Shown one piece after another: positions 1-8,723 of a stretch of DNA of 64,000 nt. Made by a program: the position numbers and the translations under genes. This DNA is from an uncultured Planctomycetales bacterium. GTDB taxonomy: Bacteria; Omnitrophota; Gorgyraeia; Zapsychrales; Fredricksoniimonadaceae. How positions within the stretch are numbered: the first letter of the stretch is position 1; each line of letters opens with the position of its first letter. The stretch spans positions 7,805 to 71,804 of the forward strand of contig CAZOXU010000003.1 in the NCBI GenBank assembly GCA_964583975.1, in the 5' to 3' direction. Below the pieces are notes generated by a model that was given only the letters and a program-made list of their open reading frames with translations, did not search any database and was not told the origin of the DNA.

Positions 1-613
1 CTTTAAAGGGCAACTTAACCATTTGTTGTTCAACCACAATCTGACTAAAACCTGCTTTTCTTAGCCTCGCTTCGATCTGATAAACATCGACAAAGCGATT
101 CAAATAATCGGTATCAAATCCTGCACGTTCAAGACTGTTAAACAATTCTTCACAAGTTCTTTCTCCAAACAAGGTTGCCTGAAGCAGTCCCCCGTCTTTA
201 AGAACGCGATGCGCCTCGCCAAAAGCCTCTAATAACTCGGGCATCCATTGAAAAGCAAAATTAGAGAACACCACATCAAAACTTTGATCAGCCAAGGGCA
301 TTTGCCTGGCATCAGCCAGAATAAAATTGATATCTTTATAATTGGTTTGCGCCTGTGTGATCATTCCTGGAGAGAAATCCAAGCCTGTCACTTGTGCTTG
401 CGCAAATCGCTGCCTGGCTTGAGCTGATAGATATCCTGTCCCACAACCAATATCCAAAATGTGCGTTGCCGGTTTTTTAGAATCATCAACTTCCTGGATC
501 AGCGAACGAGCAAATTGTTGATGAAGACTCGAAAGCTCATCGTATTGCCCAGCAGCCTGGCTAAAGGATCGGCTAACCTCTTCAGTTGATAAGAAAATTC
601 TCGAGAAGCTCAT
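1..613 (-). CDS. bioC: malonyl-ACP O-methyltransferase BioC (3' part runs off window start)
   Basis: Reverse-strand translation from ATG at 613..611 reads MSFSRIFLSTEEVSRSFSQAAGQYDELSSLHQQFARSLIQEV...ILDIGCGTGYLS (SAM motif I)...LKDGGLLQATLFGERT. This is a class I SAM-MTase of the BioC type. Start overlaps bioH stop. RBS AGAGGAAT upstream. Confidence 0.7.
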   Translation of the reverse strand, partial: MSFSRIFLSTEEVSRSFSQAAGQYDELSSLHQQFARSLIQEVDDSKKPATHILDIGCGTGYLSAQARQRFAQAQVTGLDFSPGMITQAQTNYKDINFILADARQMPLADQSFDVVFSNFAFQWMPELLEAFGEAHRVLKDGGLLQATLFGERTCEELFNSLERAGFDTDYLNRFVDVYQIEARLRKAGFSQIVVEQQMVKLPFK

Positions 614-1382
614 TATATTCCTCTGGCTTAGTTAAAAATGGCAGATGTCCACAACCGGCAATAAAATCAAGCCTGGCATTGAGCGCATGTTCTTGGATCC
701 AGTCCATGATTTGTCTTGGACACAAATAATCTTCTTCTCCAGTGATGTATTGCACAGGACAAATCAACGATGATAGCCGATCGCGCAAATCCGTGGTTTC
801 TAAAATCTTTAAAAACGACTGCAAGGCTTCGCGCTGTGGCAGCGGATCGGTAGCTCGTAAATCCTTAACCTTCTGATACGAAGGCAAACCTCTCTCCTTA
901 ACCGTAAAAAGCGAACGAAAGAAAATATCCAAGATCGACGCGTAATCACCTTCAAACTGATGCGAGAGTTTGCGGATATTATCAATATCAAGCCCAGCGG
1001 GATATGAGTCACTGCGGGCAAACTTAGGTAATGAGCCTACAAAGCTAATGCGAGAGACCCGCTCGGGATTAAGTCGATAGAGTTCCATCGCAACCAAACC
1101 ACCAAAGGAGCTCGCCACGATATTTAAATGAGCGATCTCAAGAATATCTAAGAGCTCACGCAAATCCTGGGCCATGCCTTGTAAAGTGACAGGCTGCCAC
1201 GAACTGCCTCCATGACCAGGCAGGTCGACTACGATCACAGAATAATGTCGATCTAAAAAGGCTTTTTGATTCGCCCACCAACGCACACTAGCGCCAAAAC
1301 CATGAATAAATAAAATAGCTTCGCCTTGACCAAAGGTCTCGTAGTGCCACTTAATACCTGAACGTGCTGTAAAATGATGCAT
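582..1382 (-). CDS. bioH: pimeloyl-ACP methyl ester esterase-like alpha/beta hydrolase (BioH-like)
   Basis: ORF 582..1505. Chosen start MHHFTARSGIKWHYETFGQGEAILFIHGFGAS (ATG 1382..1380) matches the BioH N-terminus and HGxG oxyanion region. GxSxG nucleophile motif present as SSFGG. Located between bioF and bioC. Confidence 0.6.
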   Translation of the reverse strand: MHHFTARSGIKWHYETFGQGEAILFIHGFGASVRWWANQKAFLDRHYSVIVVDLPGHGGSSWQPVTLQGMAQDLRELLDILEIAHLNIVASSFGGLVAMELYRLNPERVSRISFVGSLPKFARSDSYPAGLDIDNIRKLSHQFEGDYASILDIFFRSLFTVKERGLPSYQKVKDLRATDPLPQREALQSFLKILETTDLRDRLSSLICPVQYITGEEDYLCPRQIMDWIQEHALNARLDFIAGCGHLPFLTKPEEYNELLENFLIN

Positions 1383-1564
1383 GCTTAATCCTCTTAATGA
1401 TTCTAAGAACTTAGTTAGCATTTTTAAAGCGACTCTTGTCCCGACAATCTGCGTCGCTGATTCAGAAATACAGTCCGCAGGACGTTGTATTTCTGAAGGC
1501 ACCAAAAAACCTGCCTGCCGGCAGGCAGGGATTGGCGGAAAAAGACAAGCGGAGCGTAAAAATA

Positions 1565-2719
1565 CTAACTAAGTTCTTTTATAGCATCCAAAAGCTTATC
1601 CAAATCTCCCTGTGTATGCGTGGCCATGACCGTTACTCTCAATCGCGCCGTATTGACTGGCACGGTTGGCGGTCGAATGGCTTGCACAAAAATTCCTTTA
1701 AATCTCAAAGCTTCCGACACAGCCAGTGCTCGAGCTGCATCTTTCAATACCACTGGAATAATCGGAGTTGAGGAGTCCAGCGTATCAAAACCCAAATTCT
1801 TAAGACCTTGCCGAACATACTGCGCATTGTCTAAAACCTTCTGCCTGCGGTTGTCCTCTTGCTGAATGATATCGATAGCCTTTGAAGCTGCTGCGGCCAA
1901 GGCTGGCGGCAGAGATGTTGTATAAATAAAACTGCGTGCATGATTCACCAGATAATCGCAGAGCACCTTCGAGCCAGCCACATAAGCCCCATAACATCCA
2001 GCAGCCTTTGAGAAAGTTCCCATTTGAATATCGATCTTACGACTTAGGCCTTCTTCTTCAACCAAGCCTGCCCCGGTATTACCTAACACACCAAAGGCAT
2101 GAGCTTCATCGGTCATCACGTAGCACTGATAATGTTGAGCTAAGGCCACAATTTCTTTAAGCCTGGCTCGGTCGCCATCCATACTAAACACCGAGTCAGT
2201 CACAATCAGACGCTTTTTAAACTTAAGACTATCTTGCAAGGCTGCTTCGAGCGACTGCAGATCATTATGCGCATAACGTTTGAATTCGGCTCGGCTTAAG
2301 AGAATCCCATCAATAATCGAGGCATGATTGAGCCTATCTGAAAAAACAATATCTTCCCTACCAAACAAGGCTGGAATAATTCCAACATTGGCCATATAGC
2401 CACTGGAAAAAACTAAGGCTGCCTCGGTATTTTTAAACTTGGCAATCTTGCTCTCGAGCTGATGATGTGCCTGCATGCTGCCACACACCAATCGCGAAGC
2501 CCCGCTTCCAAAGCCGTCTTGACCAATCGCCGCTTTGGCAGCCTCTTTGATTCTTGGATCATCAGCGAGCCCCAGATAATTGTTCGAACAAAAATTAATG
2601 AGCCGCTCGCCTTCAATCACAATTTCGCGTGATTGAGAACCTTGCACCTCACGCAAGACCCGTAACATGGATTGGGATTCTAAAGCTTTTAAATCATCGG
2701 CTAAAATAGAATCGTTCAT
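1565..2719 (-). CDS. bioF: 8-amino-7-oxononanoate synthase
   Basis: 384 aa. PLP-dependent aminotransferase class II; lysine motif TFSKAAGCYGAY. Start ATG overlaps birA stop (ATGA). Confidence 0.85.
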   Translation of the reverse strand: MNDSILADDLKALESQSMLRVLREVQGSQSREIVIEGERLINFCSNNYLGLADDPRIKEAAKAAIGQDGFGSGASRLVCGSMQAHHQLESKIAKFKNTEAALVFSSGYMANVGIIPALFGREDIVFSDRLNHASIIDGILLSRAEFKRYAHNDLQSLEAALQDSLKFKKRLIVTDSVFSMDGDRARLKEIVALAQHYQCYVMTDEAHAFGVLGNTGAGLVEEEGLSRKIDIQMGTFSKAAGCYGAYVAGSKVLCDYLVNHARSFIYTTSLPPALAAAASKAIDIIQQEDNRRQKVLDNAQYVRQGLKNLGFDTLDSSTPIIPVVLKDAARALAVSEALRFKGIFVQAIRPPTVPVNTARLRVTVMATHTQGDLDKLLDAIKELS

Positions 2720-3669
2720 ATGTGTCGCACATCTCCGGCCATTTTCTTAATTATTTTTCCGTTGGCTAATCGAATAAGCAGCCCACCATCACTATCAATA
2801 TCCGTGGCCTTGCCTTCTAAGTTGCTGCTGCCTTCAATAATACGCACGCGCTGCTTTATAGTGGCAGAGTTCTTACGGACATATTTTAAAACATCGTCAA
2901 ATCGGCCTTTGAGTATTCGGGCGTACCAGTGTTCTAAAGACCTTAGAATTTCTTGAAAAAGCTCGATGCGATTCACGCTATGATGGGTCACATTTTTTAA
3001 AGAAGTAGCTGTATCGAGGATTTGGCTAGCTGTAGCATTCACATTAATCCCAAAACCCACCACCACAAAGGTTACCTGGTCTGCCTCGGCGCGCAGCTCG
3101 GTTAAAATACCAGCTAGTTTCTTGCCTCCTAGCATCAGATCATTGGGCCATTTGATTAAAGGTTTAAGTCCAGTCACCTTCTTGATAGCCTCGGCAATGG
3201 CAACTGCTGTCATGAGTGTCAAACGTGACATTTGATCGGTACTTAATTTAGGACGTAGAATAATTGAACAGTAAATACCCTTGCCCTTAGGTGACACCCA
3301 AACCCTGCCTAGCCTGCCTCGGCCCTTGGTCTGTCCCTCGGCACACACAACCGTTCCCTCAGGCGCGCCTTGCATGCCTAATCGAAAAGCTTCATCCATG
3401 GTCGAAGGTAGACTGTCAAAGGCATAAACCTTCTGCCCGATCGAATGGGTGTTTAATTTGAATTGAATTTCATGGGCTGATAAAAGATCAGGGGCTGCAA
3501 CTAGCTGATAGCCTAGGTGGGGAACAGCTGCGATCTCATAACCGTGGGACCGCAGATCCTGCATATGCTTCCAAACAGCAGCTCTCGACATATTAAGCTG
3601 CTGACTAATCTCTTCTCCCGAAACATACCCTTCGGTTTGTTTTAAAAATTGGATGATCCGCTCTTGCAT
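2716..3669 (-). CDS. birA: bifunctional biotin-[acetyl-CoA-carboxylase] ligase / bio operon repressor BirA (with N-terminal HTH)
   Basis: 317 aa. N-terminal winged HTH (VSGEEISQQLNMSRAAVWKHMQDLRSHGYEI). Ligase motif GRGRLGRVW. Immediately follows desulfurase stop. Confidence 0.85.
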   Translation of the reverse strand: MQERIIQFLKQTEGYVSGEEISQQLNMSRAAVWKHMQDLRSHGYEIAAVPHLGYQLVAAPDLLSAHEIQFKLNTHSIGQKVYAFDSLPSTMDEAFRLGMQGAPEGTVVCAEGQTKGRGRLGRVWVSPKGKGIYCSIILRPKLSTDQMSRLTLMTAVAIAEAIKKVTGLKPLIKWPNDLMLGGKKLAGILTELRAEADQVTFVVVGFGINVNATASQILDTATSLKNVTHHSVNRIELFQEILRSLEHWYARILKGRFDDVLKYVRKNSATIKQRVRIIEGSSNLEGKATDIDSDGGLLIRLANGKIIKKMAGDVRHI

Positions 3670-3670
3670 C

Positions 3671-4810
3671 TTACTTTCGCATTTTTTCTACAATTAACTT
3701 CAACTGCTGCAAGAAATAATCTACATCTTCTTGGGCGCTCCATCGACCTAGGCTCACACGCAAACTTCCTAAAGCCATCTGATCTGACAATCCCAAGGCC
3801 TTAAGCACATGCGAGGGCTCTAAAATTCCACGCGAACAAGCTGACCCCTGAGAAACGGCAATACCTACCATATCAAGAGCCACAACTAATTGTTCGCCCG
3901 TAATGCCTTCAAAACAAAAATGGGCGTTATTGGGCAGGCGCTGTTTGCGATGTCCATTAAGCAGCACGCCTGTGATATTCTTCAGTACAAAATCAATGAT
4001 ATGGTCTCTTAAAACAACTTGCTTCTGGGCTTCAGAATCCATCGTCTGCTTGCAAAGTTCAATGGCGCGTGCCATCCCCACAATACCTGGTAAATTCTGC
4101 GTGCCTGCCCTTCTGGAAGTTTCCTGATCCCCTCCATAAAGCCTTGGTTCAATCGTTAATCCTTCTCTAACAAATAAAGCGCCTATGCCTAAGGGGCCGT
4201 AAAATTTATGGGCTGAGAGCGAGAGTAAATCGCAATTGATGTGTCGAATATTCACAGGAACATGCCCTACACTTTGAGTTGCATCAACCAAAAAACACAC
4301 ACCACGAGCTCGTGTGACCTCGCCTATCTCTTCAACTGGCTGGATAACGCCAATTTCATTATTAGCATGCTGCACAATGACTAAAATCGTATCTTCTCTA
4401 ATTAAATCGATAACTGATTTGGGTTGGATAACACCATAAACATCAGGTTGGACAAAGCTCACTTCAAAACCTAATTTGGAGAGGCGTTTGGATGGTTCAT
4501 TGACACTGGCATGTTCGATCGCTGAAACAATGACATGACGGCCTTTACTAAACAAACTTAAAGCCAGTGTCAAAATTGCCTGATTGTTGGATTCTGTGGC
4601 TGCGGAAGTAAACACAATCTCGGAGGGCTTGGCTCCTATAAAATCAGCGAGTATTTTACGGCTATCTTCGATGGCGCTATGGGCCCTTCGACCAAAACTA
4701 TGGGGACTAGATGCATTGCCAAAACGGTCAAAATAAAAAGGTCGCATGGCCTCAACAACTTGAGGATCAGTTGGGGTGGTAGAAGCATAATCTAGGTAAA
4801 TGTCGTCCAT
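3671..4810 (-). CDS. cysteine desulfurase (NifS/IscS family, class V aminotransferase)
   Basis: ORF 3671..4984. Start trimmed to MDDIYLDYASTTPTDPQVVEAM (ATG 4810..4808) because the longer N-extension would overlap tRNA-Ala. PLP lysine motif SLSAHKFYGPLGIGALF; SxxC(S)xG region SQGSACS. Confidence 0.8.
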   Translation of the reverse strand: MDDIYLDYASTTPTDPQVVEAMRPFYFDRFGNASSPHSFGRRAHSAIEDSRKILADFIGAKPSEIVFTSAATESNNQAILTLALSLFSKGRHVIVSAIEHASVNEPSKRLSKLGFEVSFVQPDVYGVIQPKSVIDLIREDTILVIVQHANNEIGVIQPVEEIGEVTRARGVCFLVDATQSVGHVPVNIRHINCDLLSLSAHKFYGPLGIGALFVREGLTIEPRLYGGDQETSRRAGTQNLPGIVGMARAIELCKQTMDSEAQKQVVLRDHIIDFVLKNITGVLLNGHRKQRLPNNAHFCFEGITGEQLVVALDMVGIAVSQGSACSRGILEPSHVLKALGLSDQMALGSLRVSLGRWSAQEDVDYFLQQLKLIVEKMRK

Positions 4811-4819
4811 AGGGTTTAT

Positions 4820-4848
4820 ATAATAAATATTCGTTTGCTTATTGTCAA
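4820..4848 (-). promoter_or_regulatory. sigma-70-type promoter of the nifS-birA-bioFHC operon: TTGACA (4848..4843) - N17 - TATTAT (4825..4820)
   Basis: Read on minus strand: ttgacaATAAGCAAACGAATATTtattat, 17-nt spacer. Leaves almost no leader before ATG at 4810, so either leaderless or an alternative start. Confidence 0.4.
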
Positions 4849-4873
4849 CTAAGTTAGGGGTCGGTGGTTTACA
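4842..4873. promoter_or_regulatory. candidate BirA operator (bioO-like) TTGTCAAC-N16-GGTTTACA overlapping the -35
   Basis: Imperfect inverted repeat resembling the TGTAAACC-N14-16-GGTTTACA BirA box. BirA here carries a DNA-binding N-terminal domain. Confidence 0.4.
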
Positions 4874-4908
4874 TATGCCCTTTGGGTCGTTGTGTGCCTG
4901 TCTGCTGG

Positions 4909-4937
4909 TTGACAAACCAGATGGGCAATGGTATATT
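4909..4937 (+). promoter_or_regulatory. sigma-70 promoter for tRNA-Ala: TTGACA (4909-4914) - N17 - TATATT (4932-4937)
   Basis: Near-consensus hexamers with 17-nt spacer, about 14 nt upstream of tRNA 5' end. Divergent from the bio operon promoter. Confidence 0.55.
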
Positions 4938-4950
4938 GGCGTCTCTATTT

Positions 4951-5024
4951 GGGGTTGTAGCTCAGTTTGGGAGAGCGCCTGCATGGCATGCAGGAGGTCA
5001 GGGGTTCAATCCCCCTCAACTCCA
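4951..5024 (+). tRNA. tRNA-Ala (anticodon GGC)
   Basis: GGGGTTGTAGCTCAGTTTGGGAGAGCGCCTGCATGGCATGCAGGAGGTCAGGGGTTCAATCCCCCTCAACTCCA. Anticodon loop ATGGCAT as in E. coli alaW/X. G3:U70 pair present. CCA not encoded. Confidence 0.85.
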
Positions 5025-5034
5025 TTCTACTTCG

Positions 5035-5085
5035 CTCAAATACTTCGTATTTGAGCTTCGTAGAAACAAGCCCTCTGTTTCTACG
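5035..5085 (+). other. two tandem stem-loops after tRNA-Ala (first with UUCG-type loop)
   Basis: ctcaaatacTTCGgtatttgag and cgtagaaacaAGCCCTCtgtttctacg. No U-tract follows, so probably processing or stability elements rather than an intrinsic terminator. Confidence 0.35.
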
Positions 5086-5109
5086 TTAAGCAATGTAATT
5101 AAGAGGGCT

Positions 5110-5361
5110 ATGTATTTTGTTTATATTTTTAAAAGCTTAAAAGATTCCACACGTTACTATATTGGCATTACTTCTAATCTTGAGAAAAGATTAGCTGAAC
5201 ATAACGCAGAAGAGAGCACTTACAGTAAAAGATACGCACCCTGGGAAATAGAAACTTATATTTCCTTTAGAAATGAAACATTAGCATTTAGTTTTGAGCA
5301 GTATTTAAAAGCCGGATCTGGTGTGGCTTTTTTGAAAAAAAGATTTCTTCCTAAAATGTGA
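5110..5361 (+). CDS. small GIY-YIG nuclease-superfamily protein (UPF0213/YhbQ-like)
   Basis: 84 aa: MYFVYIFKSLKDSTRYYIGITSNLEKRLAEHN... carries the GIY...YIG motif plus the conserved Arg/Glu. RBS AAGAGGG 4 nt before ATG. Confidence 0.7.
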   Translation: MYFVYIFKSLKDSTRYYIGITSNLEKRLAEHNAEESTYSKRYAPWEIETYISFRNETLAFSFEQYLKAGSGVAFLKKRFLPKM

Positions 5362-5420
5362 CACGCTTTGCAGAGCTTGCTGCTGCGAAGCTAAAAGCGA
5401 AAGCATTTTAGCGAAGCAGA

Positions 5421-5507
5421 GCTGGGATGGCGGAACTGGTATACGCGCTGGTCTCAAAAACCAGTAGCTTCACGGCTGTGAGGGTTCGATTCCCTCTCCC
5501 AGCACCA
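5421..5507 (+). tRNA. tRNA-Leu (anticodon CAA), type II with long variable arm, CCA encoded
   Basis: GCTGGGATGGCGGAACTGGTATACGCGCTGGTCTCAAAAACCAGTAGCTTCACGGCTGTGAGGGTTCGATTCCCTCTCCCAGCACCA. D-arm GGCGGAA..GGTA.ACGC typical of Leu. Anticodon loop CTCAAAA. Confidence 0.8.
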
Positions 5508-5552
5508 ATAACCTTGGTTTTCATCTAAAAAAATGTTACACTTTTCTTAGAT

Positions 5553-5879
5553 ATGAAAAAACTCATCTTATTTCTCTTACTAATTACCTTTTTATCTCCT
5601 CGCCTGGCTTTTTGTGAAATAACTCCTGCTGCCAAAGAACAAGTCGAGGCTGCTCAAGCTCAAATGATGAATGATCCAGAAATCATGAGTGATATCCAAG
5701 AAATGATGAAGGATCCTGAAATGGTCAAACTTTTAACCGACCCAGAGTTGATGAAGAAAGTTACTAGCCACGATCTTGAAGCCATTGCCAAAGACCCTAA
5801 GGCCCAAGAGCTCATGAGAAATCCCAAAATGCTCGAGCTCATTCAAAAAATGCAGAGCAAGGTCTCTTCCCAACAATAA
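5553..5879 (+). CDS. secreted protein with STI1/DP-like repeats
   Basis: Signal peptide MKKLILFLLLITFLSPRLAFC. Repeated DPE(I/M)M...(L/M)M motifs (MMNDPEIMSDIQEMMKDPEMVKLLTDPELMKKV). Confidence 0.55.
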   Translation: MKKLILFLLLITFLSPRLAFCEITPAAKEQVEAAQAQMMNDPEIMSDIQEMMKDPEMVKLLTDPELMKKVTSHDLEAIAKDPKAQELMRNPKMLELIQKMQSKVSSQQ

Positions 5880-5889
5880 TTAATTCTTT

Positions 5890-6924
5890 TTATTTTTGAT
5901 GCTGATGTCTTAACTGCCCACAGGCAGCAGCTACGTCGCGGCCGCGTGGTGTACGGATGGTGGCATGGATCCCAGCCTCTTCTAAGCTGTCTTTGAAAGC
6001 ATTCATAGCCTTGCCCGAAGGGGTCTTGTGGTCAAATTCTGAGACAGGATTGTAAGGAATTAAATTCATCTTGCAGACCAAGCCTTTGAAAGCTTTCTTT
6101 AAACTCTCAACTGCTTTGGCTGTACAAGTAACATCTTCGATCAGGATGTACTCAAAGGTCAACTGACGTTTGGTTGCTTTGAAAAAATCGTGGCAGGCTG
6201 CAATTAATTCATCAAAAGGATATTTACGATTAACCGGCATGAGTGTGTTACGTGATTCATTATCATATCCATGCAAGGAAATGGCCAATTCAATCTGCAG
6301 CCCTTGCTGGGCTAATTCTTTGATCTTAGGTACCAACCCAACGGTGGAGACAGTAATATGGCGCGCCCCAATATTAATCCCCTGATTGGAATTAATAATA
6401 CGTATGGCTCGCATGAGATTCTCAAAGTTATCCAAAGGCTCGCCTGTACCCATAAACACAATATTGGTCAGTGGTCGCTTATGCTTAAGGGCCTCTTCTT
6501 TCACATGAAGCACTTGAGCCACAATTTCTGCACAGGTCAAGTTTCTCGACCATCCACCGATACCGCTGGCACAAAACTTGCAGCCGAATTTGCATCCTGC
6601 TTGAGTAGAAATACAAGCTGTAGTGCGTGTGGCTGTAGGAATCAATACGCTTTCGATCTTTTCGTGATCATGTAGATCGAATAAGAATTTAGTAGTGCCT
6701 TCTTTGGAGATTTGCTTCTCAGCAATAGTATTAGGCTTAAAATCAAAATCGATTTTTAATCGGTCTCTGACGGATTTAGGGATATTGGGCATATCATCAA
6801 AAGACCACACGCCCTTTTGATAAATCCATTGGGCCACTTGTTGGGAGCGAAATGTTTTTTCACCGATGGATTCAAAATAACGAGCTAACTCTTCGAAGGA
6901 AAGATTGAGGATATCCTGCTTCAT
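5890..6924 (-). CDS. rlmN: 23S rRNA m2A2503 / tRNA m2A37 methyltransferase RlmN (radical SAM)
   Basis: 344 aa. CKFGCKFCASG radical-SAM cysteine triad. C-terminal catalytic Cys region. Confidence 0.85.
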   Translation of the reverse strand: MKQDILNLSFEELARYFESIGEKTFRSQQVAQWIYQKGVWSFDDMPNIPKSVRDRLKIDFDFKPNTIAEKQISKEGTTKFLFDLHDHEKIESVLIPTATRTTACISTQAGCKFGCKFCASGIGGWSRNLTCAEIVAQVLHVKEEALKHKRPLTNIVFMGTGEPLDNFENLMRAIRIINSNQGINIGARHITVSTVGLVPKIKELAQQGLQIELAISLHGYDNESRNTLMPVNRKYPFDELIAACHDFFKATKRQLTFEYILIEDVTCTAKAVESLKKAFKGLVCKMNLIPYNPVSEFDHKTPSGKAMNAFKDSLEEAGIHATIRTPRGRDVAAACGQLRHQHQK

Positions 6925-7874
6925 TTTTTCTCAACAAACTGGCCGACACTGCGGAATTTCTCGTAACGTTTTTCTAAAAGTTTATCGGTGGAGAGATTGC
7001 TTAACTTCTTGATATTCTTTAAAAGACTGGCCTTTAAAGTTTCAGCGGCCTCTTCATGATTACGATGGGCCCCACCCATAGGTTCAGCTACAATTTCATC
7101 AACCACGCCATGCTTAATCAAATCTTCCCCATGGAGTTTCAAAGCCTTGGCTGCTTCAGGGGCTTTTAAGGAACTACGCCAAAGGATTGAGGCGCAACCT
7201 TCAGGAGAAATTACTGAATAGTAAGCATGTTCTAAAATCAGCACTGTATCAGCCACACCAATCCCTAAGGCGCCACCGCTTCCACCCTCACCAATAATGA
7301 CCGCTACAACAGGTGTCTCGATATTCGACATGTCACGCAAGTTCTCAGCAATGGCCTGGGCTTGCCCGCGCTCTTCAGCTCCAATGCCAGGATAAGCTCC
7401 TGGAGTATCAATCAAGCAAACAACAGGCACATGGAATTTTGCTGCCATTCTCATTAAACGCATGGCTTTGCGGTAACCTTCAGGATGCGCACAGCCAAAA
7501 TTACGTTGCACATTTTCCTTAGTATCGCGACCTTTTTGATGGCCAAAAATCATAACCTTCACTCCATCAATCTTGGCAAAACCTCCGACAATCGATAGAT
7601 CATCAGCAAACAAGCGATCGCCATGCAATTCTAGAAAATCATCGCTCATCATCTTGATGTAATCTAAGGTGTAAGGCCGGCCAGGGTGACGGGCAATCTG
7701 CACTCTTTGCCAGGCGGAAAGATTCGAATAAATATCATTCTTTAATTTTTCTAACTTGGTTTCTAGACGCTTGATCTCTGGCTCGAGGGTCACTTTCTTA
7801 GAACCCATTTTGCGAAGATCATTAATCTTATTTTCAAGTTCAAGAATAGGTTTTTCAAAATCTAATTTGCTCAT
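6921..7874 (-). CDS. accA: acetyl-CoA carboxylase carboxyltransferase alpha subunit
   Basis: 317 aa, full-length AccA-like. Stop overlaps rlmN start. Confidence 0.9.
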   Translation of the reverse strand: MSKLDFEKPILELENKINDLRKMGSKKVTLEPEIKRLETKLEKLKNDIYSNLSAWQRVQIARHPGRPYTLDYIKMMSDDFLELHGDRLFADDLSIVGGFAKIDGVKVMIFGHQKGRDTKENVQRNFGCAHPEGYRKAMRLMRMAAKFHVPVVCLIDTPGAYPGIGAEERGQAQAIAENLRDMSNIETPVVAVIIGEGGSGGALGIGVADTVLILEHAYYSVISPEGCASILWRSSLKAPEAAKALKLHGEDLIKHGVVDEIVAEPMGGAHRNHEEAAETLKASLLKNIKKLSNLSTDKLLEKRYEKFRSVGQFVEKK

Positions 7875-7876
7875 CT

Positions 7877-8707
7877 TTACTCCTGAATTGTTACCTTTGT
7901 TCCCATAGGTAGAAGATCAAAAAGCTCCTCGACATCCGCGTTGACCATACGCACGCAACCTGCTGTAGCGTTTTCACCAATCATATCTGGATGAATAGTC
8001 CCATGAATACCATAATGCGGGTCAGTATCAAATCCCATCCAACGCGAGCCTAATTCATTTTCTGGACTCTCAGGTGGAACAGGTTGGCCGCCTGGCTTAA
8101 ACCAAACAGGGTTGGCAATCTTAGAGGCAATTTTAAAAACCCCTGTGGGAGTAGCATTGTCTTTTTTATCTTTGCCAGTCGACACCCGATAGATTTTCAC
8201 AACCTCATCATTGGATTTAAGAACCATGGTATTTTGTGATTTACTGACGAAAACGGAAAATGGAGCTTTCCAAATGCGTAAATTCTCACCAACCCTGATC
8301 ACATCACTTTTTAGATTGTTACTTCTTTTGATTAATTCCTTGGTTGTATTATATTTCTTGGAAAGTTTGCCTAAAGAATCTCCAGGCTGCACTTGATATA
8401 CTTCGGTTTGAGGGGTAGGGGTTTTAGAAAATATGATGCCGATATTTAGATCACCTAATCGCTTTTGGACATCTTCAATCTTATCGTAATCAGGATGTTC
8501 GGCAATAATTTTACTTAAGGCTTCTTTGACTTTTAATTCCTCACCCTGGGTTTCATACTGCTGGGCTTGATCTAATAATTCTCTGACAGGCACTGGCGCT
8601 TGAGAAGATAATGACGCTCCACCATGCTTTATGACGTTAGCAACAACAAGGCCAATGGTGGCCAGTAAAATAACCGCAACAATAATAATGATCCATTGTT
8701 TTTTCAC
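7877..8707 (-). CDS. LysM-domain L,D-transpeptidase (YkuD family)
   Basis: N-terminal TM/signal. LysM (YQVQPGDSLGKLSKKYNTTKELIKRSNNL). Catalytic HGT...ATAGCVRM. Confidence 0.8.
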   Translation of the reverse strand: MKKQWIIIIVAVILLATIGLVVANVIKHGGASLSSQAPVPVRELLDQAQQYETQGEELKVKEALSKIIAEHPDYDKIEDVQKRLGDLNIGIIFSKTPTPQTEVYQVQPGDSLGKLSKKYNTTKELIKRSNNLKSDVIRVGENLRIWKAPFSVFVSKSQNTMVLKSNDEVVKIYRVSTGKDKKDNATPTGVFKIASKIANPVWFKPGGQPVPPESPENELGSRWMGFDTDPHYGIHGTIHPDMIGENATAGCVRMVNADVEELFDLLPMGTKVTIQE

Positions 8708-8723
8708 AAGCGCCTCCTTGAAC

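Noticed and set aside
1383-1505. Upstream extension of the bioH ORF (MVPSEIQRPADC...)
   Set aside because: No homology to hydrolase N-termini. The BioH-like fold starts at MHHFTARSG. The extension lies in the bioF-bioH intergenic space.
809-2160. Various 60-110-aa ORFs overlapping bioH/bioF on either strand
   Set aside because: Embedded in or antisense to well-supported biotin genes. No motifs.
4811-4984. N-terminal extension of the cysteine desulfurase ORF (MQALSQTELQ...)
   Set aside because: It would run across the divergent promoters and the tRNA-Ala gene. The conserved desulfurase N-terminus begins at MDDIYLDYAST (ATG 4810).
4864-5361. 165-aa plus-strand ORF spanning tRNA-Ala and the stem-loops
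   Set aside because: Its 5' two-thirds overlap a well-formed tRNA and structured RNA. Only the 3' 84 codons (5110..5361) have GIY-YIG similarity and a proper RBS.
5421-5507. Possibility that the second tRNA is tRNA-Sec or tRNA-Ser
   Set aside because: The anticodon loop CTCAAAA gives CAA. Acceptor stem is 7 bp, not 8. The D-arm is Leu-like.
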